NCBI GenBank assembly: GCA_018303805.1
Contig: JAGVXL010000001.1
Coordinates: 305,528 to 369,527 of the forward strand
From: Candidatus Pacearchaeota archaeon
GTDB taxonomy: Archaea > Nanobdellota > Nanobdellia > Pacearchaeales > DTIR01
Direction: 5' to 3'
DNA: 64,000 nt
The notes beneath the pieces are model-generated. The model was given only the letters and a program-made list of their open reading frames with translations. It was not told the origin of the DNA and did no database searches. This document shows, piece after piece, positions 14,815-23,950 of this stretch. Made by a program: the position numbers and the translations under genes. Position 1 is the first letter of the stretch. Every line of letters starts with the position of its first letter.

Positions 14815-15693
14815 TTAAAATAATGCGGGGGTTACAAAAACCTCTATCAATGCCGCGATAATAAGAACAACAATGGCAATGACTATCAAGTCAACTGAAT
14901 CCCTTAGGACGCACCAGAATTTTTCATTCTTAAAATCATGCCTTATGATTGCTATGCTTAAAATTCCCCCTGCTAAAGCGCCAATGTAATATGCAACAAG
15001 TTCTGGAATTCCATGTATCAGGTAACGCATCAAGCCAATATGCAGCTGCTTAATCTGTGCATTCGTGAATAAGCCTATCGCCGCTGCAATGACGCTTGCA
15101 TTCCACGCAAGGATGAATATTGCCCCTGCGCCGAAGGCAAGAGAAAACACAAGTATGAAAATCAAAACATAAACATTGTTTGTCAATATGCCTAAGAAAT
15201 GCCCTAAATTTCCTGTTGCCTGCCCTGTCACCTGCCCTACTGCCACAAAACTTGTCAAGCCATACTGTTTCAAGCATCTTGAGAAATCTTCAGGCGCGTT
15301 TATCGCGCAGTACTGCTCAATTTGAGCTTTGAAATTCTGTATTGTTACAGACTGCGGCATCAGTATGTAAAGCAAAGAAAATCCAACAATAAAACCCAAG
15401 AAGAGGTAAGTCAGGGCAAGAATCGCCTTCCCATGCTCTTTAATCAGAACCCTTTCTTTTTTTATCTTTATATCCTTGGTTTCCTCAAGCTTGACAAGAA
15501 AATACATAAATGGAATGCAGAATATTGTTGCAAATGTAATCACCAGTATGCTTGTATACTGCGACAGGACAGTATCCCCTAAAAAAATCCAGTCAACAAA
15601 GAGTATTGAGACAGCAGAATAAAAAATTCCGACAAAAAACATCTCCCACGGCCTTCTCTCTGCCTTCTTGGGATTGATAAGCATCTCCAGCAT
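14815..15693 (-). CDS. SpoIIM/DUF95-family integral membrane protein (paralogue 1)
   Basis: A multi-TM protein with the HGIPEL motif and the AFGAGAIFILAWNASVIAAAIG segment typical of Pfam DUF95 (stage II sporulation protein M-like). Confidence 0.7.
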   Translation of the reverse strand: MLEMLINPKKAERRPWEMFFVGIFYSAVSILFVDWIFLGDTVLSQYTSILVITFATIFCIPFMYFLVKLEETKDIKIKKERVLIKEHGKAILALTYLFLGFIVGFSLLYILMPQSVTIQNFKAQIEQYCAINAPEDFSRCLKQYGLTSFVAVGQVTGQATGNLGHFLGILTNNVYVLIFILVFSLAFGAGAIFILAWNASVIAAAIGLFTNAQIKQLHIGLMRYLIHGIPELVAYYIGALAGGILSIAIIRHDFKNEKFWCVLRDSVDLIVIAIVVLIIAALIEVFVTPALF

Positions 15694-15749
15694 TTTTTTA
15701 AAAGCCTCTTTTCAGGTCTGGGATAAATGGAAAATCAATTTAAAAATGT

Positions 15750-16625
15750 TTATACGCCAAAAACTAAAGGAGTGACATAAACCTCAATGAATGCAGCAAG
15801 GAGCAAAATCAGTATTGCAATAACAACAAGCAGGAGTATGTTCGCAATAAGCTTCCTGCTGAAATGCTTGAAGTCCTGCCTTATTAATGCTGTGCTTAAA
15901 ATTCCTCCAGCAAGGGCAATAACAAGGTAAGAGGCAATTTCAGGGATGCCATGGAGCATATACATCATGAATGGGGTAAGAAAGTCAAAATTTCCCCTCG
16001 CTAACAATCCTATCGCCGCTGCAATGACGCTTGCATTCCACGCAAGGATGAATATTGCCCCTGCGCCGAAGGCAAGAGAGAAAATCAGCGTGAAAAGCAG
16101 GACATACAGATTGTTCACAAAAATGCTGCTTAAATCTCCAAGCCCGGCAACTGCATTCCCGGTTAATGTTCCTTTTAAGAATTCTGCAGAGATGCCATAT
16201 TCCTTGAGGCATTCCTGCATGCTTCTTGCGTTGATGCTGCAGAATTTTTCTATCTGTGAGCTAAAATGCACCACAACAGAGTTTTCTGGAAGAAAAATGT
16301 ACCACAATGAAAAAGCCACAAGAAAGCCAAGAAAAAGGAAAAGCAATGCAAGCAATGCCCTTGAATGCCCCGCAAAAATTTTTGATGCCCGTTTTTCCTG
16401 AACCTCGCTGATTTCAGCCCGCCTGATGAGTGAATGGATGAATGGAATGGAGAATATTGTTGTGAATGAGATAAGAAGCATAGACGCATGCTTCATCATT
16501 ACTGCATCCCCTTTTGCTATCATATTCACAAGAAACAGCGAAAGGGAAGAGTAGAGCATGCCTATAAAGAACAAGCTGAATGGATTTCTTTCTGCATGCC
16601 TCGGCGAAACAAGAACCTCAAACAT
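15750..16625 (-). CDS. SpoIIM/DUF95-family integral membrane protein (paralogue 2)
   Basis: Same architecture and motifs (HGIPEI). It is in tandem with 14815-15693 and shares a 71-nt identical DNA tract with it. Confidence 0.7.
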   Translation of the reverse strand: MFEVLVSPRHAERNPFSLFFIGMLYSSLSLFLVNMIAKGDAVMMKHASMLLISFTTIFSIPFIHSLIRRAEISEVQEKRASKIFAGHSRALLALLFLFLGFLVAFSLWYIFLPENSVVVHFSSQIEKFCSINARSMQECLKEYGISAEFLKGTLTGNAVAGLGDLSSIFVNNLYVLLFTLIFSLAFGAGAIFILAWNASVIAAAIGLLARGNFDFLTPFMMYMLHGIPEIASYLVIALAGGILSTALIRQDFKHFSRKLIANILLLVVIAILILLLAAFIEVYVTPLVFGV

Positions 16626-16717
16626 ACTATATATAGGGATAGTACAAATATATAAAGATTGCCAAGCGAAACAAAGAAAAGCAGATAAGAAAGATTTTAA
16701 TATTCCCTGAGATTAGC

Positions 16718-17545
16718 ATGAACATGGATAAAAAAAAGAGGTTTGAAAAGATATGCAATGACATTAAACAGGTTAGAATTCAGGGAGCAAGAAACATTGC
16801 CAAAGCCGCTTTGTATGCATACTCTTTGTTTCCTGATAAAAAACATAAACGGATTTTGATGAATGCAAGGCAAACTGAACCGATGCTTTTTAATGTTCTC
16901 GATAAATTTGAAAAAATTGGCTATAAAAATATATTAAAACACTTTAATGAAAGCCAGGACAGAATAAATCAAAATGTTTTAAAGCTAATCAAAAATAACG
17001 ACATTATTTTTACCCATTGCCATTCTACAAATGTTGTTAATGCTCTGATATACGCCAAGAAAAATGGGAGAAAATTTCAAGTCTATAATACAGAAACACG
17101 CCCTTTATATCAGGGAAGAAAAACAGCGAAAGAGCTAGAAAAGGCAGGGGTAAAGGTAAAGATGTTTATTGACTCTGCCATAGCGATTGCAATAGAAAAA
17201 GAAAATAAAAAAGACAAGATTTATGCCAACAAGATATTCTTAGGAGCAGATGCTCTGCTTGACAAGGGGATTATAAATAAGATTGGTTCAGGCATTATTG
17301 CTGAATTAGCTTATGGCCATAAAATTCCCCTCTATATAATAGCTGATTCATGGAAATATACAAATAAAAATATTCCAATAGAAAACAGAAAGTTAAATGA
17401 AGTTTGGAGCAGGGCTCCAAAACACATAATAATAAAAAATCCCGCATTCGAATTTGTGGAAGCAAGACACATCAGGGCAATAGTCTCTGAGCTGGGCATC
17501 CTTAGTCAGGGGCAGTTTGTGAAAAAAGCAAAGATTGTTTTGTAG
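16718..17545 (+). CDS. e2b2: ribose-1,5-bisphosphate isomerase (eIF-2B alpha/beta/delta-like family)
   Basis: IF-2B family signature GADALLDKGIINKIGSG and the THCHST segment. It lies immediately upstream of RuBisCO, as in the archaeal AMP pathway. Confidence 0.75.
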   Translation: MNMDKKKRFEKICNDIKQVRIQGARNIAKAALYAYSLFPDKKHKRILMNARQTEPMLFNVLDKFEKIGYKNILKHFNESQDRINQNVLKLIKNNDIIFTHCHSTNVVNALIYAKKNGRKFQVYNTETRPLYQGRKTAKELEKAGVKVKMFIDSAIAIAIEKENKKDKIYANKIFLGADALLDKGIINKIGSGIIAELAYGHKIPLYIIADSWKYTNKNIPIENRKLNEVWSRAPKHIIIKNPAFEFVEARHIRAIVSELGILSQGQFVKKAKIVL

Positions 17546-17590
17546 GATAAAATCAGAAAAATTTATATACAAATAAATTCTCTTCTTGAT

Positions 17591-18754
17591 ATGGCTTACA
17601 AAGATTATGTAAATCTAAAATTCAAGCCAGATAAAAAGGGTTTGATATGCACTTATTATATTGAGCCATTGCATCTTTCCTTGCAGGAAACAGCAGGGGG
17701 GGTTGCTGCTGAGAGCAGCACAGGAACGTGGATTGATGTCAAGACAAAACAAAATTATGTGAAAAAGCTTGACGCAACTGTCTTCTCGATAAAAAAACAA
17801 CAGCAAGGTGCTGAAATAAAGATTTACTATCCTTCCGGGCTTTTTGAAAAAGGAAATATGCCCAATATTCTAAGCAGCATAGCTGGAAACATCTTCGGCA
17901 TGGAGGAAATAAAAAACATAAAACTCCTTGATATTAGCTTTCCAAATGAAATTGCAAGAAGTTTTGCAGGCCCGAAATACGGCATTCAGGGAATAAGGAA
18001 GATTATGAAAGTTCACAACAGGCCATTGCTCGGGACAATAATAAAGCCCAAGCTTGGCTTGAAAACAGGGCATCATGCGAAAGTTGCATATGAATCCTGG
18101 CTGGGTGGATGTGATGTGGTAAAGGATGATGAAAATCTCTCAAGCCAGAAATTCAACAGATTTGAGGATAGATTAAAAGAAACACTAAAAATGAAGGAAC
18201 GGGCTGAAAAAGAAACAGGGAGCAAAAAGGCATATCTTGTGAATGTTACAGCAGAGACAAAAGAAATGCTAAGAAGAGCGAAGCTTGCTGAAAATTATGG
18301 AAATGAATATATAATGATTGATGTTTTAACTGCCGGCTTCTCTGCCTTGCAGACATTAAGGCAAGAGAATTTTGATTTGATAATTCATGCCCATCGCGCA
18401 GGGCATGCGGCAATGACAAAAAATCACAAGCATGGAATAGGCATGAATGTCCTTGTGAAAATGCTGAGGCTTGTCGGGGTTGACCAGCTGCATGTTGGAG
18501 CTGCAGTTGGGAAGATGTTTGAAACTTCGGCAGAAGTAAAAGAAAACATTCTTGCAGCAAAAGAAAAAACTTTCAATTTAAAACCAGTCATGCCTGTTGC
18601 ATCTGGCGGCTTGGCAATAAAAGATATTCCAGCTGTTGTCAAAATTTTTGGAAAGGATGTTGTTATCCAGATGGGCGGGGGAATTCATTCACATCCGCAA
18701 GGCACTTTTGCAGGGGCAAGGGAAGCGAGAGAAGCGATTGAGAATGCAGTGTAA
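17591..18754 (+). CDS. rbcL: RuBisCO large subunit, form III-like, short (387 aa)
   Basis: Catalytic motifs are present: GTIIKPKLGL, VVKDDENL (the carbamylated Lys context), HAHRAGHAA, LHVGAAVGK, PVASGG and MGGGIHSHPQG. Confidence 0.9.
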   Translation: MAYKDYVNLKFKPDKKGLICTYYIEPLHLSLQETAGGVAAESSTGTWIDVKTKQNYVKKLDATVFSIKKQQQGAEIKIYYPSGLFEKGNMPNILSSIAGNIFGMEEIKNIKLLDISFPNEIARSFAGPKYGIQGIRKIMKVHNRPLLGTIIKPKLGLKTGHHAKVAYESWLGGCDVVKDDENLSSQKFNRFEDRLKETLKMKERAEKETGSKKAYLVNVTAETKEMLRRAKLAENYGNEYIMIDVLTAGFSALQTLRQENFDLIIHAHRAGHAAMTKNHKHGIGMNVLVKMLRLVGVDQLHVGAAVGKMFETSAEVKENILAAKEKTFNLKPVMPVASGGLAIKDIPAVVKIFGKDVVIQMGGGIHSHPQGTFAGAREAREAIENAV

Positions 18755-18806
18755 TTGCAATAGAAATCTATTTAATCTATAATCCTCTAAGGTTAAAGGG
18801 AGAGGA

Positions 18807-18965
18807 ATGGCAAGAAATCTCTTTAGCAAATTAGAAGCGCTTCTTATAAAAGTAAGAGTTTTTTGCAGTAACTATTCTAACCCTACAGTTTGCATGGACG
18901 ACTATGAAAGAGCAAGCATGTTTTATAGAAAATGTGCAAATGAAAAAAATGGGATTATTTGTTAG
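18807..18965 (+). CDS. candidate 52-aa Cys-containing small protein
   Basis: My translation is MARNLFSKLEALLIKVRVFCSNYSNPTVCMDDYERASMFYRKCANEKNGIIC. It is preceded by AGGGAGAGGA. No family was recognised. Confidence 0.25.
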   Translation: MARNLFSKLEALLIKVRVFCSNYSNPTVCMDDYERASMFYRKCANEKNGIIC

Positions 18966-19013
18966 AATTCAGGGAAACCAGAATATTTTAAAAGAAATAC
19001 AAAGAAAGGAGAA

Positions 19014-19124
19014 ATGGCTGATTTGATATGCCTGAAAACAGTGCAAAACTGGAAAAATCATTTGGGTATATTGAATATTCAGATGGTGGAAGAAGAAAAG
19101 ATAATTTATTATAAAAAAATTTGA
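19014..19124 (+). CDS. candidate 36-aa small protein
   Basis: My translation is MADLICLKTVQNWKNHLGILNIQMVEEEKIIYYKKI. It is preceded by AAAGGAGAA. No family was recognised. Confidence 0.2.
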   Translation: MADLICLKTVQNWKNHLGILNIQMVEEEKIIYYKKI

Positions 19125-19133
19125 AGAGATAAT

Positions 19134-19559
19134 CTAATCTTTGATTAGTTCTTGCACAATTCCTTGAAATTCTACGGCAATTTTGTCTTTCAATTCCGAA
19201 AGCTTTGCAATATCATTCTCCACCAGTTTCTTTGTTTCAGGGATGCTTTTCTTTACAACTGTCTTGGCTCCAACATTCACAAGCAGGTCCTTGCTTAGTA
19301 ATGCCATCTTAACAAAAATATTTTTTCCAAGAGAAGCAAGAATCTCGTCCTTCTCTTTTGCCTTTTCAATCTCGCCAAGGGCAATTTTTAAATTCTGCAG
19401 CTCAGCAATCTGCTGCTCAATCTGCTTGGCATCCTGCTCGAGCATGTTTAATCTTATCATTTTTTCATGCTGCTCCTGCTCAGCAGAATGCAGGTGTTCA
19501 TGTTCGGCATTTTCTGCCATATGCTTGTTTTCCTGCTGTCCCCCTGTTTTTTTTGCCAT
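19134..19559 (-). CDS. pfdA: prefoldin alpha subunit
   Basis: Coiled coil, then two beta hairpins (EILASLGKNIFVKMALLSKDLLVNVGAKTVVKKS), then coiled coil. It has a His/Glu-rich N-terminal extension. Confidence 0.6.
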   Translation of the reverse strand: MAKKTGGQQENKHMAENAEHEHLHSAEQEQHEKMIRLNMLEQDAKQIEQQIAELQNLKIALGEIEKAKEKDEILASLGKNIFVKMALLSKDLLVNVGAKTVVKKSIPETKKLVENDIAKLSELKDKIAVEFQGIVQELIKD

Positions 19560-19580
19560 TTTTTGTTCTTGAATTGAATA

Positions 19581-20033
19581 TTAATACACCTTTAAAACCT
19601 TCCTCAAAACTGAATTAAAAATCAAGCTAAAAATGACATAGGAAAGAAACCATCCTGCGCCTGTGCCAACCAGTGGCAGGTTAACCTGCCATGAGATTAT
19701 CTCTCCTATAGCTGCATCTGTGTAAACCTGTTTTAAAAAACCGAAGGCAAAAATTAAAGGCAAAAATGAAATCAGCAATGGTTTGAAAGATTCCCTCATC
19801 TGCTCCATGCTCATCTGCATCATCTCATTCTGCAATTCAAGAAGTTTTTGCGGCTCATCTCTAAACTGCTTCTGCTTTTCCCTGAACTCTTTCTGCTTTT
19901 CCATTCTCTCCTTGCTTTTCTCCTGGTTTGTGAATTTCTTGTAGAGCAAGGTTAGAAGGAGTGTAATAACAAAAGAAAAAAGGGCTATGCCAAGCAATGG
20001 AAATTCCCTCACAATATTAACAATCAGTTCCAT
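19581..20033 (-). CDS. DUF106 / EMC3-YidC-like membrane insertase homologue
   Basis: TM1, then a charged coiled-coil loop (KSKERMEKQKEFREKQKQF...MMQMSMEQMRESFKP), then TM2 and TM3. It sits next to secY, as in many archaea. Confidence 0.65.
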   Translation of the reverse strand: MELIVNIVREFPLLGIALFSFVITLLLTLLYKKFTNQEKSKERMEKQKEFREKQKQFRDEPQKLLELQNEMMQMSMEQMRESFKPLLISFLPLIFAFGFLKQVYTDAAIGEIISWQVNLPLVGTGAGWFLSYVIFSLIFNSVLRKVLKVY

Positions 20034-20041
20034 TTTTAAGT

Positions 20042-21454
20042 TTAACCAAACATCTTCCTCATGGCAGGATGCATATCCACTGCATGCTGCTTTGATATAT
20101 CCTTGTAAAGATTATATATTATCATCACAAGCAGCAGGATAGCAGTGCCGCTTACAAGAGTGCCAAGCAAGTCAGAAAGCGCTGCAAGCAGCCCGATTGC
20201 AGCGCCGCCCATAACTGTCAATGGCATTATGTACCTAGATAAAATTGATTCTAAAACCCTCTCATCTTTCCTGAAGCCTGGAATCTGCAATCCAGAAGCA
20301 AGAATCTGCTCTGCCTGATTTCTCGCGTCAGTGCCGGATGTTCTGACCCAAAAAATGGCAAAAATTACTGAAAAAAAGATGAAAAATAGCGCATGTGTCC
20401 CTGCCTGCAGCAGATATCTCGGCAAAAAGCTTTTGGTTATTATCGCATCAAGGATATTTGGGGCATTAAGCCACAATGATAATCCGCTTAATGCCTGCCC
20501 TTGCGAGGAGAAAGTCCCCAGCCAGGTAAACTTGGATGCAATTGCCGCCCCTAAACCGCATGTTGCCCCTTTCAAACACGCTTCAGCTGCATTTTGCGCA
20601 AGGCTTGCAAAAAGCTGTATATTGGAGATTAACGCAGCAGCGAGAATGACAGGGATAACTGATGTGTAAAAAAAAGCAAGAGGCCATCTAATCCCAAATC
20701 CCCTCAATCTGCCAAAGCTCAAGGGGACTTCAACCTTTAATGACTGCATCCACACAACAATCAGGAACAGCAGCACTGTAACAATAACTGCAGCTGCCGC
20801 CCTGATAGCAGAGGTGACATCCCCTGCTGAAATTGAAGTGAAAAATACAAGCACTCTGCCAACAGGCATAAACTCCCCCTGAGTCCCAAGAAAGCCGAAT
20901 GCCTGCGCAAATAGCCTTCTGCCTACGCCCGCGGCGATAAACAAGCTGACTCCTGAGCCAAGCCCCCATTTTGTTGTTACTTCATCCATAAAAACAATAA
21001 GCAGCCCCCCAACTACAAGCTGCACTATGACAAGCAGAGTCATGCCCGGCATTGCCTCTAAGCCTCGCATCAAAACATAAACCATTGCCTCGAATATTAC
21101 AAAGAAAAATACAAGCAGTTTCTGCAGGCCCTGAAAATACCGCTTCCCTTCATGGGTTGTCATGTCTATATTCAAAATTTTTGAGCCGACAAGCAGCTGC
21201 AAGATTATGGAAGCTATAACTATCGGCCCTATACCCAATGATATCACTGAGCCAAAACTTGTGCCAAAAATAATCGCAAGAAATTCAAATCTTTCAAGTG
21301 AATTTTTTGCCAAGCCAAATAAAGGAATATTTTCTAGGACAAAATAAGCAACAAGGATTATCAAAGTCCATTTAAGCTTTGTATTAAAATTAAGTTTTTT
21401 TTCAGTTGGCGCGGCAACTTCAGGCAGATTTCTTATAAAATACCCCAGATTCAT
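20042..21454 (-). CDS. secY: preprotein translocase subunit SecY
   Basis: A 470-aa protein consistent with 10 TM helices, in the conserved position after uL15. Confidence 0.9.
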   Translation of the reverse strand: MNLGYFIRNLPEVAAPTEKKLNFNTKLKWTLIILVAYFVLENIPLFGLAKNSLERFEFLAIIFGTSFGSVISLGIGPIVIASIILQLLVGSKILNIDMTTHEGKRYFQGLQKLLVFFFVIFEAMVYVLMRGLEAMPGMTLLVIVQLVVGGLLIVFMDEVTTKWGLGSGVSLFIAAGVGRRLFAQAFGFLGTQGEFMPVGRVLVFFTSISAGDVTSAIRAAAAVIVTVLLFLIVVWMQSLKVEVPLSFGRLRGFGIRWPLAFFYTSVIPVILAAALISNIQLFASLAQNAAEACLKGATCGLGAAIASKFTWLGTFSSQGQALSGLSLWLNAPNILDAIITKSFLPRYLLQAGTHALFFIFFSVIFAIFWVRTSGTDARNQAEQILASGLQIPGFRKDERVLESILSRYIMPLTVMGGAAIGLLAALSDLLGTLVSGTAILLLVMIIYNLYKDISKQHAVDMHPAMRKMFG

Positions 21455-21479
21455 TTTTGAATTTAAAATTTACACTTGC

Positions 21480-21968
21480 TTATTTTGCTTCCTCTTTTGC
21501 CCCTGCATGCAAGGTGTCAACATTCTCCTCAACAATAATCTTCCCGCCTGCTTTTTCTATTTTCTCTCTTGCCTGAGATGAAGCAGACATTGCCTTTATT
21601 ATAAGCTTCTCTTTGATTTCCCCTTTCCCGAGAATCTTGAAATCTGGAAGCAAAAGCTCTATTCCTGAAGAAGTCTCCTTTGCAAGCCCCTTCTCGATAA
21701 AATTATCCAGCCTTTCTTCTATCTCAGAAAGATTGATTATTTTTGGCTTTAGATTATTGATTTGTTTTAAGCTTTTGAACCCATGCTTGCCAAAATAGCC
21801 TGGCATGTATTTATCAATGAAATTCCTTTTGTGCCCTGCACGCTTGCCTGTTCCAGCCATTCCCTTACCACCCTTGCTTCCCTTGCCCCTGTGCTTCTTG
21901 CCAAAGCCATAGCCGCATCTTCTTGCTCCCCTTAACCTACTTCTCTTGTCTCTTTTATGGATTTTCAT
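21480..21968 (-). CDS. rpl15: ribosomal protein uL15
   Basis: RGARRCGYGFGKKHRGKGSKGGKGMAGTGKR motif and operon position. Confidence 0.9.
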   Translation of the reverse strand: MKIHKRDKRSRLRGARRCGYGFGKKHRGKGSKGGKGMAGTGKRAGHKRNFIDKYMPGYFGKHGFKSLKQINNLKPKIINLSEIEERLDNFIEKGLAKETSSGIELLLPDFKILGKGEIKEKLIIKAMSASSQAREKIEKAGGKIIVEENVDTLHAGAKEEAK

Positions 21969-22120
21969 TTTTCAAAATTTTCCTTGACTAATTTTTTATA
22001 GCAATCCTGGCAAATATGCCACTTTTTTGCGAGGTTTTTCTTGTCTGGAGGCGAGAATAATAATGCCCCGTAATCCTCAAGCTCATTTTTACATGCATCG
22101 CATTTTGGTTTTATCGCCAT
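21965..22120 (-). CDS. 51-aa CxxC...CxxC zinc-finger-like protein inserted between uL30 and uL15 (below the ORF-track cutoff)
   Basis: My translation is MAIKPKCDACKNELEDYGALLFSPPDKKNLAKKWHICQDCYKKLVKENFEK. Its TGA overlaps the uL15 ATG in an ATGA coupling. Confidence 0.55.
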   Translation of the reverse strand: MAIKPKCDACKNELEDYGALLFSPPDKKNLAKKWHICQDCYKKLVKENFEK

Positions 22121-22155
22121 TTTTTCAGCTTTTCGTAAAACTTTTTCTAAAAGTT

Positions 22156-22590
22156 TTACAGCATCCTCCTTAATAACTCATTTATCCTGGCTCCATGATT
22201 GCCAAGTATTCCTTTTGGATAAAACTGCTTTGTGCTTTTCTTTAACCCTTGAACAGGTGGATGAAGCCTGAAAAAAGGCTTCATGCCAAAATCTTTCAAT
22301 TTTTTCCTGCCGGAAAAAATTTCCTCAATAACTGAATCAGAAATTTTCTTTGTGTCAACAAGCCGGTTCCCAGGCAATCTGCCTCTCTTCAATACCAACA
22401 TCTTTAATGTTTCCTTGTCAATTTCCCCGAAGGCAATAAATGCCCTCACTTTCTGGAGCATTCCCTTAATTTCTGCATTTGGATTTAGGATAATACATGC
22501 ATATTTTCTGCCAAGCCTCAATCTTGTTAGTGTCGCCTCAACATCCTCGTCAATTCCAACCATCCCTGAAATTCTTATTACAGATATCAT
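22156..22590 (-). CDS. rpl30: ribosomal protein uL30
   Basis: VIRISGMVGIDEDVEATLTRLRLGRKY motif and operon position. Confidence 0.9.
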   Translation of the reverse strand: MISVIRISGMVGIDEDVEATLTRLRLGRKYACIILNPNAEIKGMLQKVRAFIAFGEIDKETLKMLVLKRGRLPGNRLVDTKKISDSVIEEIFSGRKKLKDFGMKPFFRLHPPVQGLKKSTKQFYPKGILGNHGARINELLRRML

Positions 22591-23426
22591 CTTAAAGAAC
22601 TAAGGTTCTTGCCGATACCCCTGCCTCCTTTTCCTTTCCTTGTCTGCCCTTCTGTTTTCTTTAATGCCTCAAAACATGCTTTCGCAAGATTTATCTTTGT
22701 CCTTGTCTGCCCAAATGTTTTGCTGTAAATATCCTTGATGCCTGCAAAACCAAGAATCTTCTTGCATTCATCTTCTATAACCAGTCCAGTTCCCTTTGGT
22801 GCAGGCATAAGAATCATCTCTGAACTTCCGCATTTTCCTTTCACTTTAAAAGGAATTGAATGTAAATTTTTACAGGAGCAGTCAAAGCTTCCGCAGCCCC
22901 TCGTTATCCTTATTAAATTAATTTTAGCATCTCTCAATGCCTTTTCTTTTGCAGGCAGTGTTTCCTTTGACTTCCCATAACCTACGCCCACATATCCTCC
23001 CTCATCACCAACAACAGCCATACATGCAAATGTTGGCACATTCCCCTCTGCTGTTTTCCTCTGTGTTTGCCTCCATGCACGTTTCTTGCCTCCGCCAAAC
23101 TTTCCTTTTGACTGCCCTATCGCAATTAAATCTGTCTTTAATCTAACCAGCTTGTCAATTATCTCTGCCTCCAAAATCTTCTCTCCTGCATTCAGAATGG
23201 CATCAATATTCTTAATCTCTCCATTTTTCACCATTTTGCCGAGCCTTGTTCTAGGCACCCATGATGCAATTTTCTCTTCCTCTCTCGCTTTCCTGGCATC
23301 TTCAATTGAATATTCCCCTAATTCCTGGGTTGGCTCATTTTTCTCAATATCCTCTGATTCTTTTACCTCTTCAATCTTGCTTTCTTCTGTTTCCTTCCCA
23401 ATTTGTTTTGCTTGTTCTTCTGCCAT
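22587..23426 (-). CDS. rps5: ribosomal protein uS5 with a long acidic N-terminal extension
   Basis: VVGDEGGYVGVGYGKSKE core. The N-terminus is MAEEQAKQIGKETEES. Confidence 0.9.
   Translation of the reverse strand: MAEEQAKQIGKETEESKIEEVKESEDIEKNEPTQELGEYSIEDARKAREEEKIASWVPRTRLGKMVKNGEIKNIDAILNAGEKILEAEIIDKLVRLKTDLIAIGQSKGKFGGGKKRAWRQTQRKTAEGNVPTFACMAVVGDEGGYVGVGYGKSKETLPAKEKALRDAKINLIRITRGCGSFDCSCKNLHSIPFKVKGKCGSSEMILMPAPKGTGLVIEDECKKILGFAGIKDIYSKTFGQTRTKINLAKACFEALKKTEGQTRKGKGGRGIGKNLSSLR
23377..23426 (-). repeat. shared start module, copy on uS5
   Basis: 50 nt identical to 30343-30392. The mRNA sense reads ATGGCAGAAGAACAAGCAAAACAAATTGGGAAGGAAACAGAAGAAAGCAA. Confidence 0.9.
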
Positions 23427-23427
23427 T

Positions 23428-23943
23428 TCACTTCTCCCGCTCCTTTTTAATTAACAGTCTCTCTTTTAGCTCCCCCACAGGAATCTCTTTTTGCATATGC
23501 CTACCATGAATCCTGGCATCATTGGGCATAATCTTTTCAGAATAGGGTACACTTAAACCGGCATCAGCCATGCCTTTAACACAAGCAAAAAGCCTTGAGC
23601 CATTTGTTACCCTTGCAATCCCCAAATCAACAACTGCTTTTTTAACATCAATTTTCTTCTCGGCAATTTTTCTCGCCAGCAAAATCCCTGTTAAATAAGC
23701 AGCAGGAACTGATTTCAGCGAGCCTGAATTTTTTTCAGGCCATCCATGCTGCAATAGCTCTTTTGAATTTGCTGTGCATAAAACAAAATCTATTGCCTCC
23801 TTGCTTTCGATAAGTTGCGCGATTATATACCTGTTAGTTTTTCTTATCGCAACTCTTGGTAAAAAGGATTTCAATAAAGACAGCCTGGCTCTGTAATCTG
23901 TTTTTCTGTGCCTTCTCCTTTTAAATTTCACCCGGTATACCAT
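23428..23943 (-). CDS. rpl18: ribosomal protein uL18
   Basis: RRRHRKTDYRARLSLL...RKTNRYIIAQLI motif. Confidence 0.9.
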   Translation of the reverse strand: MVYRVKFKRRRHRKTDYRARLSLLKSFLPRVAIRKTNRYIIAQLIESKEAIDFVLCTANSKELLQHGWPEKNSGSLKSVPAAYLTGILLARKIAEKKIDVKKAVVDLGIARVTNGSRLFACVKGMADAGLSVPYSEKIMPNDARIHGRHMQKEIPVGELKERLLIKKEREK

Positions 23944-23950
23944 TTTTTAA

